Shown piece by piece: positions 12,441 through 23,950 of a DNA stretch of 64,000 nt; position 1 is the first letter of the stretch; every line of letters begins with the position of its first letter. Under the pieces are notes generated by a model. The model had not been told where the DNA came from, made no database searches, and was given only the letters and a program-made list of their open reading frames with translations. Origin of the DNA: Octopus bimaculoides (taxonomy: Eukaryota); NCBI RefSeq assembly GCF_001194135.2, contig NC_068981.1, positions 78,133,285-78,197,284 of the forward strand. The letters run 5' to 3'. Made by a program: the position numbers and the translations under genes.

Positions 12441-14306
12441 CTTTTCATGAGTGAGAATGACTCTGCTACTAACTGCCTTGGTAGACTCAGTTCTATATTT
12501 ATCAGTGTAAATACTTAAGCAAAGCTGTTTTGTATATGTTACAGAGATTTTATGTTTTCTGTTGCTGTGTAATAATTGTCTCCCTGCTGTGGTCATTTCC
12601 AGGCCTTTAAAACTGTAAGACTATTCTCTCAGCTTCAGAACATTTTCAAAGCTCTCTAACTGGTTTTACAATAAGAAACAAGTTGTAAGACATAGAAAAT
12701 TCAAAATGATAACCAGTCCTGAGCTCATTCACTATCTCAATAATTATAATGAAAAAAATTAAATGCAATGAAAATGAAAACAAGATACTAAATTCTTGAT
12801 AAACTTGTAGCAACTTTGAATATTACTTGAACTAATTTCAGAAGCTAGAGACTGATCTGTGTCAGCCTGCTTAGTGCCAACCAGACTACAAAATATGAGC
12901 TGTTGTCTGAGGTACATGCAGAATGATGGAAGCCAAATTGTTCTGAGTTAAAAGTTTTGTTGTTGTTGTTTTTTGTTTATTTTCCTCAGTTCTCTATCCC
13001 AAAACATGGCTTCTGTTGTTCTATATCCTCATTAGACCCAAGCTACAATAAGAAATAATATTGCTTTCTTAAGAAACAAAGTCCTCTATTTTTGGAAGCA
13101 GAGTTTAGTCGACTGGTTTAAGTTCAATACATCATCAATATGTCAGTTTATCAGTTCAGGATGACTGAAAGGCAAGGCTAATGATACAAGTCTGAATACA
13201 GAAGCAGTGACCTAAATGCTATATAATGCATTTAGACACCTACCTACTTGCTAAGATTTTTGCAACCCCCATCCCACATAAGAAATAAATGTTGATTATA
13301 AACACATTGTTGCATGCATGCATGCATGCATTTTTGCAGGCATACATGCACAGGCTTTTCTGTTCATATTGATGGAAGAAGCTAGTGATAAAATATTACA
13401 GCCTTTCTGAAATATAATGCTTTTACAGTTGAAAATTGATTGGCTTTCATTGATGTTGGTACAGAAAGTGATCAAGTCCATGTCATACATTTACCTCTCA
13501 CCACAGGTCAATGGTCATTATTGCCATTGTTTATTTATAAGGCAACTGTGTCGTTTTGACATTGATTCTCTAACACATTAGACTATGTCATTTTTCGAGT
13601 GCATCATATTCAGATGCTAGTTTATTTAAGTACATTAATCTAATAATATTGGGTTGGGAGCTACTTCACTTCTTTCAGTCTCCACAATCAATTGAGGCTT
13701 AGATTTTGAAGTGTATGTGTGTGTGTGGATGGGTTAAGGGTTGCATGCATGTTTGTGCATTCCATATTCCATAGAGAATCTGATCATCTATGTTCATGTG
13801 ATGCAGTCATAGAGTTGCTGCATAATGGATAACGGCATGTTCAATGATGCAAACAACCTGTACAACTACATTTCAAACTTGTTCTATTTTGATCTTTCTT
13901 TTTTCTCGAACCATATGGCGCCTGCCTAATCAACTGGCCATTAAGGCTGTAGGAGCTTTTTAACTACATTTTCAAAGTTACTCACTCTACTTTCTGAGAA
14001 CTTTAAAGTACATCACAGTACTTCCAAATGTAAAACTTTCATCATAAAGTTCATTGTTATCATCATCAGGGTATGAAATTACATTTGGACATCATATTTG
14101 ATTGATGTCCTACTTAATTTAATGCGAGAACATTTTGTCTGGATATTGTCCAGCCAAAATACATTTACAAAACTCTTGTCTATGAAATTCTGAATTGCTT
14201 TAGCAATGCTATACAGAAATATGTGAAATAGTCGATTCAGTAGTTTATCTTTTGTCATAGTTAGAAAAGTACCCCTGTTGTTCAGATAAGAAATTATTAC
14301 TACTAG

Positions 14307-14330
14307 GGCAGTGAAGATGTGCTGGACGTT
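14307..14330 (+). CDS. Candidate 24-nt coding microexon (GSEDVLDV)
   Basis: tactag|GGC...GTT|gtatgt; phase 0-0, compatible with the next candidate exon. The acceptor is only moderate. Confidence 0.25.
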
Positions 14331-14561
14331 GTATGTAAGACTGAATGCATTACAGTATTAAGTTTTCTCTCTTTGCATTGTGTTACGATACCTCTAGGGT
14401 TGGCTTTATCTTTCACCTCTTTAGAAAGGAAAGGAATTGGTGCTAGCCAATACAATCGATAATATATTTCTTTTATTGTTATTACTACTATCGTCATTGT
14501 TGAAGGTTGAAGTAAATGGACATCATTGCCAGCATTCTTGTAGAAATGTCATTTTTACCAG

Positions 14562-14642
14562 GATTACCAAATGGAAAGTTTTGTGAAGGGGTTTAGTGTT
14601 TCATCTACAAAGGGCTTTAGATTATTTAAACCTATTACCCAG
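14562..14642 (+). CDS. Candidate coding exon (DYQMESFVKGFSVSSTKGFRLFKPITQ), product unknown
   Basis: tcatttttaccag| ... CAG|gtaaaa; 81 nt, open in phase 0; joins in frame across an 89-nt intron to 14732. Confidence 0.4.
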
Positions 14643-14731
14643 GTAAAAAAAAAGAAGGCACATACATAGACGTTTTGTGCGTGAGTGTACATATATTTTT
14701 GCAAACACCAATTTGTTTTGTTTATTCATAG

Positions 14732-14774
14732 CTCAATATGACCACATCTGTCATTGCAGCAAGTGGAAGTTCTA
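14732..14774 (+). CDS. Candidate coding exon (LNMTTSVIAASGSS), product unknown
   Basis: ttttgtttattcatag| ... A|gtaagt; strong acceptor and donor, phase 0 to 1. Confidence 0.45.
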
Positions 14775-15199
14775 GTAAGTTGCCTAAAAGAAAGCAACAC
14801 AGGAAAAATAATTTCAATTGAACCAACAGACACAAATAATTCTAAGCTTTAACATTCATAATTTATCAGGCAGAAAGGTAAAAATTGATGACAAAAACTT
14901 AAATTTAAATGCTAATTAGAAATGCACCTGCAATACCAACACCATCTCATCTTTTGCTAACATTGTAATCAAGAAAAAGTAAACATGAGCCAACTCTGGG
15001 CAAATGAAAAGGTGTGGAAGAGATATGTTACAGAAGAAAGTGTCTGCACATCTGAGGAATTTACATATGAAAGAAAGTGGTATACCTCTGTTTAAAAGAA
15101 AAGAAAATGAAGGAAGTTTCTGTATACCTTTAAATAGGAGTCAGAGAAAGCGTTGGTGAATATATATGGCAAGATATATGTACCCTTGACAGAAGTAGA

Positions 15200-15545
15200 G
15201 CTGGCCATATCACACTCCTTCTCCCAGCTGAGAAGTTTTTGTCATGAGGTGCCGGTGCCACATAAAATGCATTTGTGCCAGTACCGTGTAAACTGTACTC
15301 ATGTCATTGCCATGTAAAATACACTTATGTCGGTGCCATATAAAAGCACCTGTGCCAGTAGCATGTAAAGAGTACCCAGTACACTCTGTAAAATGGTTGG
15401 CATTATGAAGTGCATCCAGCCATGGAAACCCTGCCAAAACAGACAGTTGGAGCTTGGACAACTCTCCAGCAGGCCAGCTCCTTTCAGACCATTCAACCCA
15501 TGCCAGCATGGAAAACAGATGCTAAATGGTGATGATGAGAATGAG
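15200..15545 (+). mobile_element. RTE LINE 3' UTR/tail with tandem subrepeats
   Basis: Several gtgcc(a/g)gt.c.gtaaa.gcac units, then catccagcc...aacccatgccagcatggaaaac...(GAT)n. Confidence 0.8.
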
Positions 15546-16069
15546 ATGAGAAAGCAAGTAGAGGCTTGAGCATTGCAGTTTTTTGAGAAGAAAGGTGTGG
15601 TCAAGCCTTTGAATGAAAGAGGGCTAAATATAGAACTTTTTGCAGGATTTTAGGGAGAGAAGATGAAGGCAGGCAGGCATGGTTATTCCCAGTCAAGGTT
15701 GGTTAAAGAGGATATTTTGCTCAGCCAGTATGGAACATTATCCATACTGACTGTGCAGGGAATAACAAGAAGAGAATGAAAGCAGCTGTTTGCAGGAAGG
15801 AAGCTATAGAAAGAGCTCGAGACATCAGCACTGATGTAGGTCTTTGGCTCATAGCCATACAGAAAAATAGGAAAAAAAAAATACCAGCTAAAATATTAAA
15901 ACAAGAGACTAATGTCAACTGCAAACCACAGAAATAACATAAGCAATCAATCAATCACCTGATTTTTTAGCCACACAGTTCCGTTTTGATTCTATCTTTC
16001 AGTTTTACCTTTTCTTTTTTGTGTTTAAATATTTTTCCTTTATCTAATTAACTCCTAGATTGTTTTGTT

Positions 16070-16232
16070 TCGTGTATGTATGTATGTTTATATATGCATG
16101 TGTGCACATCTGTGTGTATGTATAATGTATGTATAATGCATGTATGTATATGTATGTGTACGTATATATATATATGTATATATACATGTATGTATATATT
16201 TATTTGTGTGTATATATATGTATGTATGTATG

Positions 16233-16298
<66 letters not shown>

Positions 16299-16440
16299 TG
16301 TGTGTGTGTGTGTGTAGTGAGGAATGATTTTCATTCTACCTGATTATATTTTGTTCAAGTCAAAATATTTTTATTGATCCACTCTGGTTACTTTGTGTGT
16401 GTGTGTGTGTGTGTGTATAATATATATATATATATATCAG
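16070..16440. repeat. Long compound microsatellite (TG/TA/TATG/CA)
   Basis: Directly visible; source of the six overlapping CV/YI/HT ORFs. Confidence 0.95.
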
Positions 16441-18824
16441 TTCTATTTTTCTGTGAGTATATGGTAGGTATAACTCTTTTCATATCAGTTTTAGGATATT
16501 CAGTTTAGTAATTTTATCACTATCCTATCTCAACTCCTCAGTTCTCTTAACTTTCAATTGATTATACCGAAGCTTTAGCTTATAACACTGGGATAACTAG
16601 TGATAAGCTTATCTCTGGTATTAAGTTAAGTTTGTAATATTAGCCTGGTTCATCTTTAGTACTCTTTTCTTATTTCCTCCTTCGTGTTTTTTTTCTTATC
16701 AGGTTAATCTACATCCAAGTAACATATGGGTGGTTATGTTGTAATTATTTGATCTAGCTTGAAATTTTGAGGTTCTAATTAATTTGCTCCTTTTGAGAGT
16801 ATCTTTTTGCACATTTATCTCATCTGATACATATATTATTTTCATATTTACTATTGAATTTACATGCAAGTCTTAATAAAGTTCTGTAACTGGTGGTCTT
16901 TCATGTATGCAGTTTTAAATCATCTACATAGAGGGAGATTGCTTGCAGTGCTTTTTTTTGTTTTTGTTTTCATTTTGTTTTTTTCTACCCAAATTTTTGC
17001 AATCAAATATGGTTTAATTCAACAGGTTTGAGTCAGAACTCCAAGGAAGAAAAAAAATGGCAAATAAGGACAAAGATTTTCCCTGAAAAATTCCTCTCTT
17101 TATGTGGATGGGGTTGATTTTTACTACCACCTCTTCACCTTTCAGCATTTGCATTTTAAAATAGCTTCATTGAAATGCTGCTTTAGTATTGAGGTTGTTT
17201 TGTTAATGTACAATGTCCCTAATTAATATCCAGGTGTATATTGTATACTGTTAAAAACTTTTGGTTAATCATTTTATGCTTATATAAATATTTATGCTTC
17301 CTTTTATGCACTCTTCAATAACTACTGCTCAGTTTACTGGTAACACTTATTTGTATCCATCCACACCACCCCTAGGCTCTGCTCTTCTCATAGGATATCT
17401 TTTGGAGTGAGTAACAGTTAGCCTATGGAAAGAGAGTATATAGAGAGATGCCAGTGTTTTATATGCTGTTGGTAGACAAGTTATTAATTTATTGTTTTGG
17501 AGGGGTTGGGTGGTCCTTGAAATTTTTGTTTTGGAAAATAATGTTGTTTTCTTCCTCTAAAAACCAACCAGTCAGGTTGATTTTTGTGTCTTTAGCTCTG
17601 CTGTTACTGTTACTTCATGCATATTGGTTAAGTAGTTTAGCCAGAAATTGGTGACTATTGATTCTGAAAGTCTTCCAGTTGTGAGAGATCATTTTGTATT
17701 TATTCATTTATATTTTTGTGAGGGGTGAGTGAATTTTCTGTGAGTTTATGGTGGGTCATAATAGTGGTCTGTTGTATTTTAGTCCTTTCTCTCTTTTATT
17801 ACCCATTGTGAATATTATTAACACACATTTTTGCTCTTAAAAAAAAACCCTTCTAATATAATAGAATTTATGTTGCTTATGTATGCTCTAGTGTGTTGGG
17901 TCTTTTTTAAAAAATTTATTGAATTGTTGTTGAAAGTTTTTGCTATTTGTTTCAAATAATGATTCTGACTGAAAAGGCACTCACATTTTTCAAAGTGTCC
18001 TATCTAGCATAGTTTTGCCAGGATATGTGGCTTCAGTATTTTTCTTGCAGAGTTTGCTCCTTTTCGTAATATTTCATTTATTTATCTTACTCTTTTTTTT
18101 TTCCCCTGCATTTTACTTCTTCCTTTCTACATAGCTCAGCACAAACAGGTCTTTTGTCTTTGTATTGATTTCATAGTCTATATTTCCTTTGCTCTGTCCT
18201 TTTTTTTTTTTTTTGGATAGGTTCAGATGAGAATTGACTTGCTGCACTAAGTTTCTACTTAGTTTCTTTTGATACTTCCATTGCTACTTGATAAAATGTT
18301 GCGATTTAACCTATTCATGTTCCTATTTGTTTCTGTGGAAAGAATTTCTTGGAAGACCTGGTTATATTTGGCTATTATTCATATACTATTGTCTAAGCGG
18401 TTGTTTACTTTGATCCATATTTATTGAATTTTCTGTGGTCATTTCTTCCATTTTGTTTCCTCTTTTTCTATTAAATTTTACTCAGTGTTGATTTTACTTG
18501 CTCCATTGTAATATGTACTATGACTGCAAAAGTTATTTTCGGAAGCTGAAAATATAGTTTTGTTTTTGTTGTTGGTTGTTTCTGTAGGGTCTGGTGTAGT
18601 TATTATTGTTATATTAGATTTCATTATTTTCTCACTGAATCTGTTTTTGTTGTGTTGTAATGACTTGTCCTTTCCATATGTGGTCAGTTCTTTTGTGTTA
18701 TTTTTATTGTCTTTTAAGGTCTCATTTATTATTTATATATGAAGTTGGTCTTTGTGTTTGTTTCTTTCTTTATCTGGTGGTAGTATATGTTTGTATTACA
18801 CTCACTGGTTTGTGGCACGTTGTC

Positions 18825-18869
<45 letters not shown>

Positions 18870-19330
18870 GTGTGTGGTCAATTCTGTTGCCATATTTTCA
18901 GTGTTTGTTCTTTTGTATGATTTGTTCCATTTCTGTTTCTCAGATCTTTTTTATTGCTAATTCTAAACCTACATATTCTTATTTATGTATTTGGGTTTAG
19001 TTGCTTTCTCATCTTTTTTTTTTTTTTTTAATCTCCAGATCATATACTTTTTATTATGAGGATAATACATGTTGGGTGTAGTATGGCAGTGTAGCTTGTA
19101 CATAACATTCTACATATTGTTCTTTGGTCTATTGTTCCCTCATAGCTTTCATTTGTTTCGGTGGAAGCTTGTGAGATGTTTTGTTGGTGATTTCCCTTTT
19201 AACAAGACACCATCCTCTCATACACATGTTGCATTGCCATTGTTGTGTGGTTGCATTTGACTCACGCGATGGTGTTCATCATAAAACTCGGGTTTGCAGG
19301 TAATGTTTTTGTTGTTGTTTAATATTGTTG
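16440..19330 (-). mobile_element. Decayed R4/Dong-clade non-LTR retrotransposon, 3' truncated
   Basis: Ordered motifs on the - strand: TKEQYVECY (about 19110), IHIKRGIFQGKSLS (17058-17108), SLYVDDLKL (16919-16930), DKCAK, EIRKEY (16659-16676), SFGIIN, PKTDMKR. These match the R4/Dong RT and thumb signatures IKRGIFQGDSLS, LYMDDLKL, DKCAK and HPKAD. Confidence 0.85.
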
Positions 19331-19639
19331 GTCATGATTGGTGTATTGTATTAGCATTGATTTTGTTTTAAATTGGTGTATTTTATGTGTCTCTTTTTTT
19401 AAATATTTATCTGTTGTGATCTCACATTGTTAAATGTTAGTGTAAACAGTCTATCTTGTGCAAAATCAAGACAAGAAACAAGTGGAGTCTGAGTAACATC
19501 ATTCTTTACTTGATTTATAAATTTTCTTCTTGGTTTCAATTATGCTATTGGGTATATTTTTTCTTTCCTCATGGAAAACTGTTTCATTTCTTACACAACA
19601 CTGTGCTATCATTGTTACTATTATTGTTGACAGTTTGGT

Positions 19640-21110
19640 AGATGTCTACTGTAACTGGAAGCAGAACAGGAGAATATCCCATTCTGTGAGCGAAGAAGTG
19701 GTAGCAATGGCAGTACTAAGAAACGGCTTGAACAAGGGGGACATTATTGATAATTTCTGGCCTATAAATTCTGCTGAATGCAGAGTTTAAGTTTTGGTCA
19801 AAGTAGTAGCAAAGAGATTGGCAATTGTTGACAATGTGATCAGGAAAGCACTAATATGCACAATCCTGAGCATGACTAAATGACTAGGTACTTGGAGCCA
19901 TTTTGAATTATATATTTGGTTTTTCAAGAGCATCCTGTATTTTTTTTTTTTTTGTGCATGCACTGCAAAAACTAGAGGTGTTGAAGGTCATCTTGTTTGA
20001 GTTGGGACACAGGAGAGCCATGTTGGCATCTGTGGATGACATCATTGTAATAGTGTCAAACACCTTAGAAGTTAATATCAGAAAACTTATAAAAGAATAG
20101 GAGGCAGTGACAGGATCAAAAATTGGCCAAAACACCGTTTGTGGGTTTGCAACTCAGGACCTGGAGAAGCAAGTCCATGCCATGGGACTGTATTGTAGGG
20201 TGTTGAACTAGTTAAACTGCTTGGGGGTCTGTTTCAGTTTGATAGGGGCAGAAGTGAAGTTACAAGTAAGGTAGCTTTGTCTGTCCCAGAAATGGGTGAG
20301 AGGAGGACCCATAAAAGATAAGACAGAGGTCTTGATTGCCTGCATCACCTCTTATAAATTACTGGCTGTCGTCTAACTTTGCCAGATTTTGTCTGACTAG
20401 TTCGGAGTATCTGTTACTTAACTTCTTGTTGAAGAGGTGCATTTCACTGGTCAGGTGATAACCACCCATATTTTATAACTTGTCTCTGTAATATCCTCTT
20501 CATCAGTTACGCTTGAGACAAATAAATTAAATTCTTGTCATTATTATCATTCAATCCTGCTAAGGTCATCTTTGACTTTCATCTTTTTCAGGTTGAAAAA
20601 ACTGAAATACCATTCAAAAACTGGGACTGGTGGTATTGTCCAACCACCCCACCAAATTTTAGGCTTTGTGTCTGATAGTAGAAAGGATTATTATTATTGT
20701 TATTATTAGCCCTTATTGACTATTTCATATTCCACTTGAAAAGGAAAGTGAGGGTAGAGAGGGAAGTACTGCTCCTCAGTAATTATGTTGAAAGGTGGGT
20801 GAATGTGGTGAGGGTGATCTGCATGAATGAGCCTACTCTGAAAATACGTTTGTAAGCTGGAGGAGCTGAGAAGAAGAGAAGCACCTGCTGAGGTGCCCCT
20901 TGTAGTCAGGGTAACCTAGATGTGTGGGGTTCCTCAGTTGTCACTGGGTGGAACTGACACCTTGTGGAGAATTTTATTGATGAATTTTGTTGTTAATTGT
21001 TCTTGTTTAAATTTTGTACACAAAGTTTTGTGCTAAGTCCCCACTTGTCCCTTGTGTTGTATTGTCCACTTTCGTTTTGTGTTTGGCCCTCATAGCCAAT
21101 ACAGAAAACA
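19640..21110 (+). mobile_element. Decayed Tx1-like (L1 group) LINE, 5' truncated, with 3' UTR
   Basis: DNFWPINSAECRV*VLVKVVAKRL (RPISLLN.DYK), ASVDDIIVIV...GSKI, VKLLGG, YKLLAVV, C-terminus FHLKRKVRVEREVL...ERW...RL* (stop about 20855). The 3' UTR ends ggccctcatagccaatacagaaaa. Confidence 0.85.
20530..20705 (+). mobile_element. tRNA-SINE fragment nested in the Tx1 element
   Basis: ctttgactttcatc...aaatacc...aggctttgtgtc...(ATT)n. Confidence 0.65.
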
Positions 21111-21117
21111 TTATTAT

Positions 21118-21560
21118 TAGAAGCAGCAAGCTGACAGAATCAGTTGCACACTGAGCAAAATGCTTAGCAGCATTTCGTCCATCTTTATGTTCTGAGTTTG
21201 AATCCCACCGAAGTTGACTTTGCTTTTCATCCTTTCAGTGTCAATAAATTACGTACCAGTGAAACACTGGGGGTTGATGTAATCGATTAATCCCTTCCCT
21301 ATAGTAGAAAGAATTATTATTATCATTATTATTATTATAAGCAGTAAGCTGACAGAATCATTAGCACACTGGGCAAAATGCTTAATGATATTTTGTCTGA
21401 CCTTACATTCTGAGTTCAAATTCCCCCAAGGTTGACTTTGCCATTCATCCTTTAGGGGTCGATAAAATAAGTACCATTTGAGCACTGTGGTTGATATAAT
21501 TGACTTACCCCCCATCCCCAAAATTGCTGGCCTTGTGCCAAAATTTGAAACCATTACTGT
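21118..21560 (+). mobile_element. Two tandem tRNA-SINE copies (type B tail)
   Basis: gcaagctgacagaatc...gagttcaaattcc...gactttgcc.ttcatcc...gataaaataagtacc...ggccttgtgccaaaatttgaaac. Confidence 0.9.
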
Positions 21561-22077
21561 TATCATTTAGATGCATAGTTGAAAAGTTGAACAATGCTAC
21601 AAATACAAACTTAGCTACGGCTATTGTAATGTGTATTTTTACGGCAAAATTCAAATTACTCTAGCCCAAAAGATACTACTCTCATTCTCCAATTAAGAAA
21701 CAGATATCTCTGAAATTTAATAACTAGCCAACCGTTGAAAGCTTATCATGTGTTATTTTCAAAATTACCCTCCATAATATTTTAAAATCAATAAAATTAA
21801 AATTCATGTTGTACTGCAAGAAAAAAAAAAAAAATTTAATTTCCAAATGAATTTGGTTTTTTATCGTAACAAAGTTTTGTGTTTGACATGTTTATTTTGT
21901 TTGGCAAATTTCATAAAAGTATAGTTTCTTGTGTGTATTTTCTTTTCATCAATGCTGTCTGTCTAATTATTGTACCCCATGAGGGAGAGCTTTCTTTTCT
22001 TAAATGACATATCAAACAAGGGGGAAAAATACATCTTTAGCTGAATTTTATTCCCAAATATATGATTTCTTATATAG

Positions 22078-22106
22078 TTGACAGCAACATGCGTCGTCTT
22101 TGATAA
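22078..22106 (+). CDS. Candidate terminal coding exon (xDSNMRRL**)
   Basis: gatttcttatatag|TT GAC AGC AAC ATG CGT CGT CTT TGA TAA; phase 1 matches the 14774 donor; followed by about 1.1 kb of repeat-poor U-rich sequence. Confidence 0.25.
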
Positions 22107-22232
22107 AATGGTTTCAATGATGCAAAAGTTAGCTTTATTGATCTTATGGCAACCAGTAGCTGTCATTTCAGAAGTGTTCTACAATTCATAGTTCTCTTTT
22201 ATTATTTATTTATTTATCTTTTCTTGTTTCAG

Positions 22233-22275
<43 letters not shown>

Positions 22276-23559
22276 CTTTTTTAGTTTTGCTGTTTGCATG
22301 ATCAAATAACTTTTTTTTTATGCTATTGATATTATGTTTGTGGCAAAGCATTTTCTCCATCCAGACCTTTTGTTAAAGATGTATACTTGTCTGCAAGTTT
22401 TATAATTTATTTATGTTTTTTTATTTTATATTTCATTTTATATTGTCGGAGTCTTGACAGTAACTTCTACAATGAAAGAAGATTTTTCTGAAAACATATG
22501 CATTATTGTTCTTGATCACACATATGTTGATCAAGAGTGAGGAACTGAAGTTAACTAAGAAATTGGGACACTATAGGCACTGATTGCAACTGAAATCAAA
22601 TCCAACAGAATTCATCAATTAACTGATGTTGGGTAAGCTCTGAATAGATTTAATTGTTGATGAATAGCTTCAGAAAACTCTGAATCAAGCGTTCTACAGT
22701 ATAAAAGTTGTCAAATGAACATCAGTGTGTGATCCATCTGCATCAAATAGGTTTGTCTTTGATTTAAGAATTCACACTTAAGAGATTATGGGAAACTTGT
22801 TTTATTAAGTTAGCAGCCTAGCAGTGTTAGAAGTAAACTCCACCGCAAGTTATTTCAGTGTTGGTGTTGTTGTTGTTGTAGATGATAAATCTTGTTGAAA
22901 AGGTTTGTAATATAAGCTTAGTTTAATACTTGTACAAGAAACGTACCGCATAATCACCATGATGAATATTGCTTTTATTTATTTATTTATTTATTTTTCA
23001 AATTATCTGTTTTACATAGATGTCTGTATTTCTTTCTTGTGAATATGAAAACTTTAATGAACTCATCTTGTGATTAGTTGCCAATTAACCTGTAAAGTGA
23101 GTTATTACAGTCGCACATGTATCTCTTTGAATAGCTCTGCTTGTTTTAGCTTTGTTTTTTCCTTAGGGAAGAAAAATGAATATCATATGGAATCTGTTTT
23201 TCGGCTGAATTGAAGGGAAATGCTTACATTGTGAAAAAGCCATTTAATAACAAATCTGACAAATTTACTCAAACTTTGTTTAACAAAGTGTTCAAAGTTT
23301 CATTGCACAACTGCAAACTGGTCACTAACAGTTACTGTGGATCGATACACCTGCCTCAGATATCAGATCAAATCCCTTGCTACTCAAGTACAACTCTAAA
23401 ATGTTTACAATTGAGAATGAAAAAAATCTGGATTGAGTACACAATTTAACAAATATATATATATATATCTGCTGTATGATGTCATACACTTTTAGATCAA
23501 ATAATTAACTTGAGTGGTTTAGTATTTGTAATTCTTCACTTTTATATTCTTTTATTATT

Positions 23560-23950
23560 TTATTCTGTTACTTGTTTCAGTCTTTGGACTGTTGCTATGC
23601 TGGGTCACCACCTTTGGGAATTTAGTCAATCAAGTTAACCCTAGTACTGCTTTTTTTATTAAGTCTGGTACTCTGTCATTCTCTTTGCCAAACCATCAAG
23701 TTATAGGATTTAAACAAACCAACACTAGTGTTTAAGTGGTGGGGAAGACAAAAGCAAATACATGCACACACACACACACACACACACACACACCAGGCTA
23801 CCTCCTAGTATTTGTCTATCTACATGAGGCATTGGTCAACCTGGGACTGTAGTAGAAGACACTTGCCTGAGGTGCTGTGCAGTGGGACTGAACTTAAAAC
23901 CAGATGATTGCAAAGTGAACTCACAAACCACTCAGCCATATGTATACCTA
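23560..23950 (-). mobile_element. CORE-like SINE, near full length
   Basis: Reverse complement of the 25493-26054 family. Confidence 0.8.

Noticed and set aside
12600-12700. Hammerhead remnants (gaaacaagttgtaagac; similar on - at about 20480-20515)
   Set aside because: The CUGANGA or GAAA core and stem II are too degraded to call.
14283-14313. DKKLLLLG resembling a G-protein P-loop lead-in
   Set aside because: Followed by Q and a stop, with no GxxxxGKS motif.
16048-16343. Overlapping CV/YI/HT-rich ORFs (also at 8516, 53990 and 55375)
   Set aside because: Translations of dinucleotide microsatellites.
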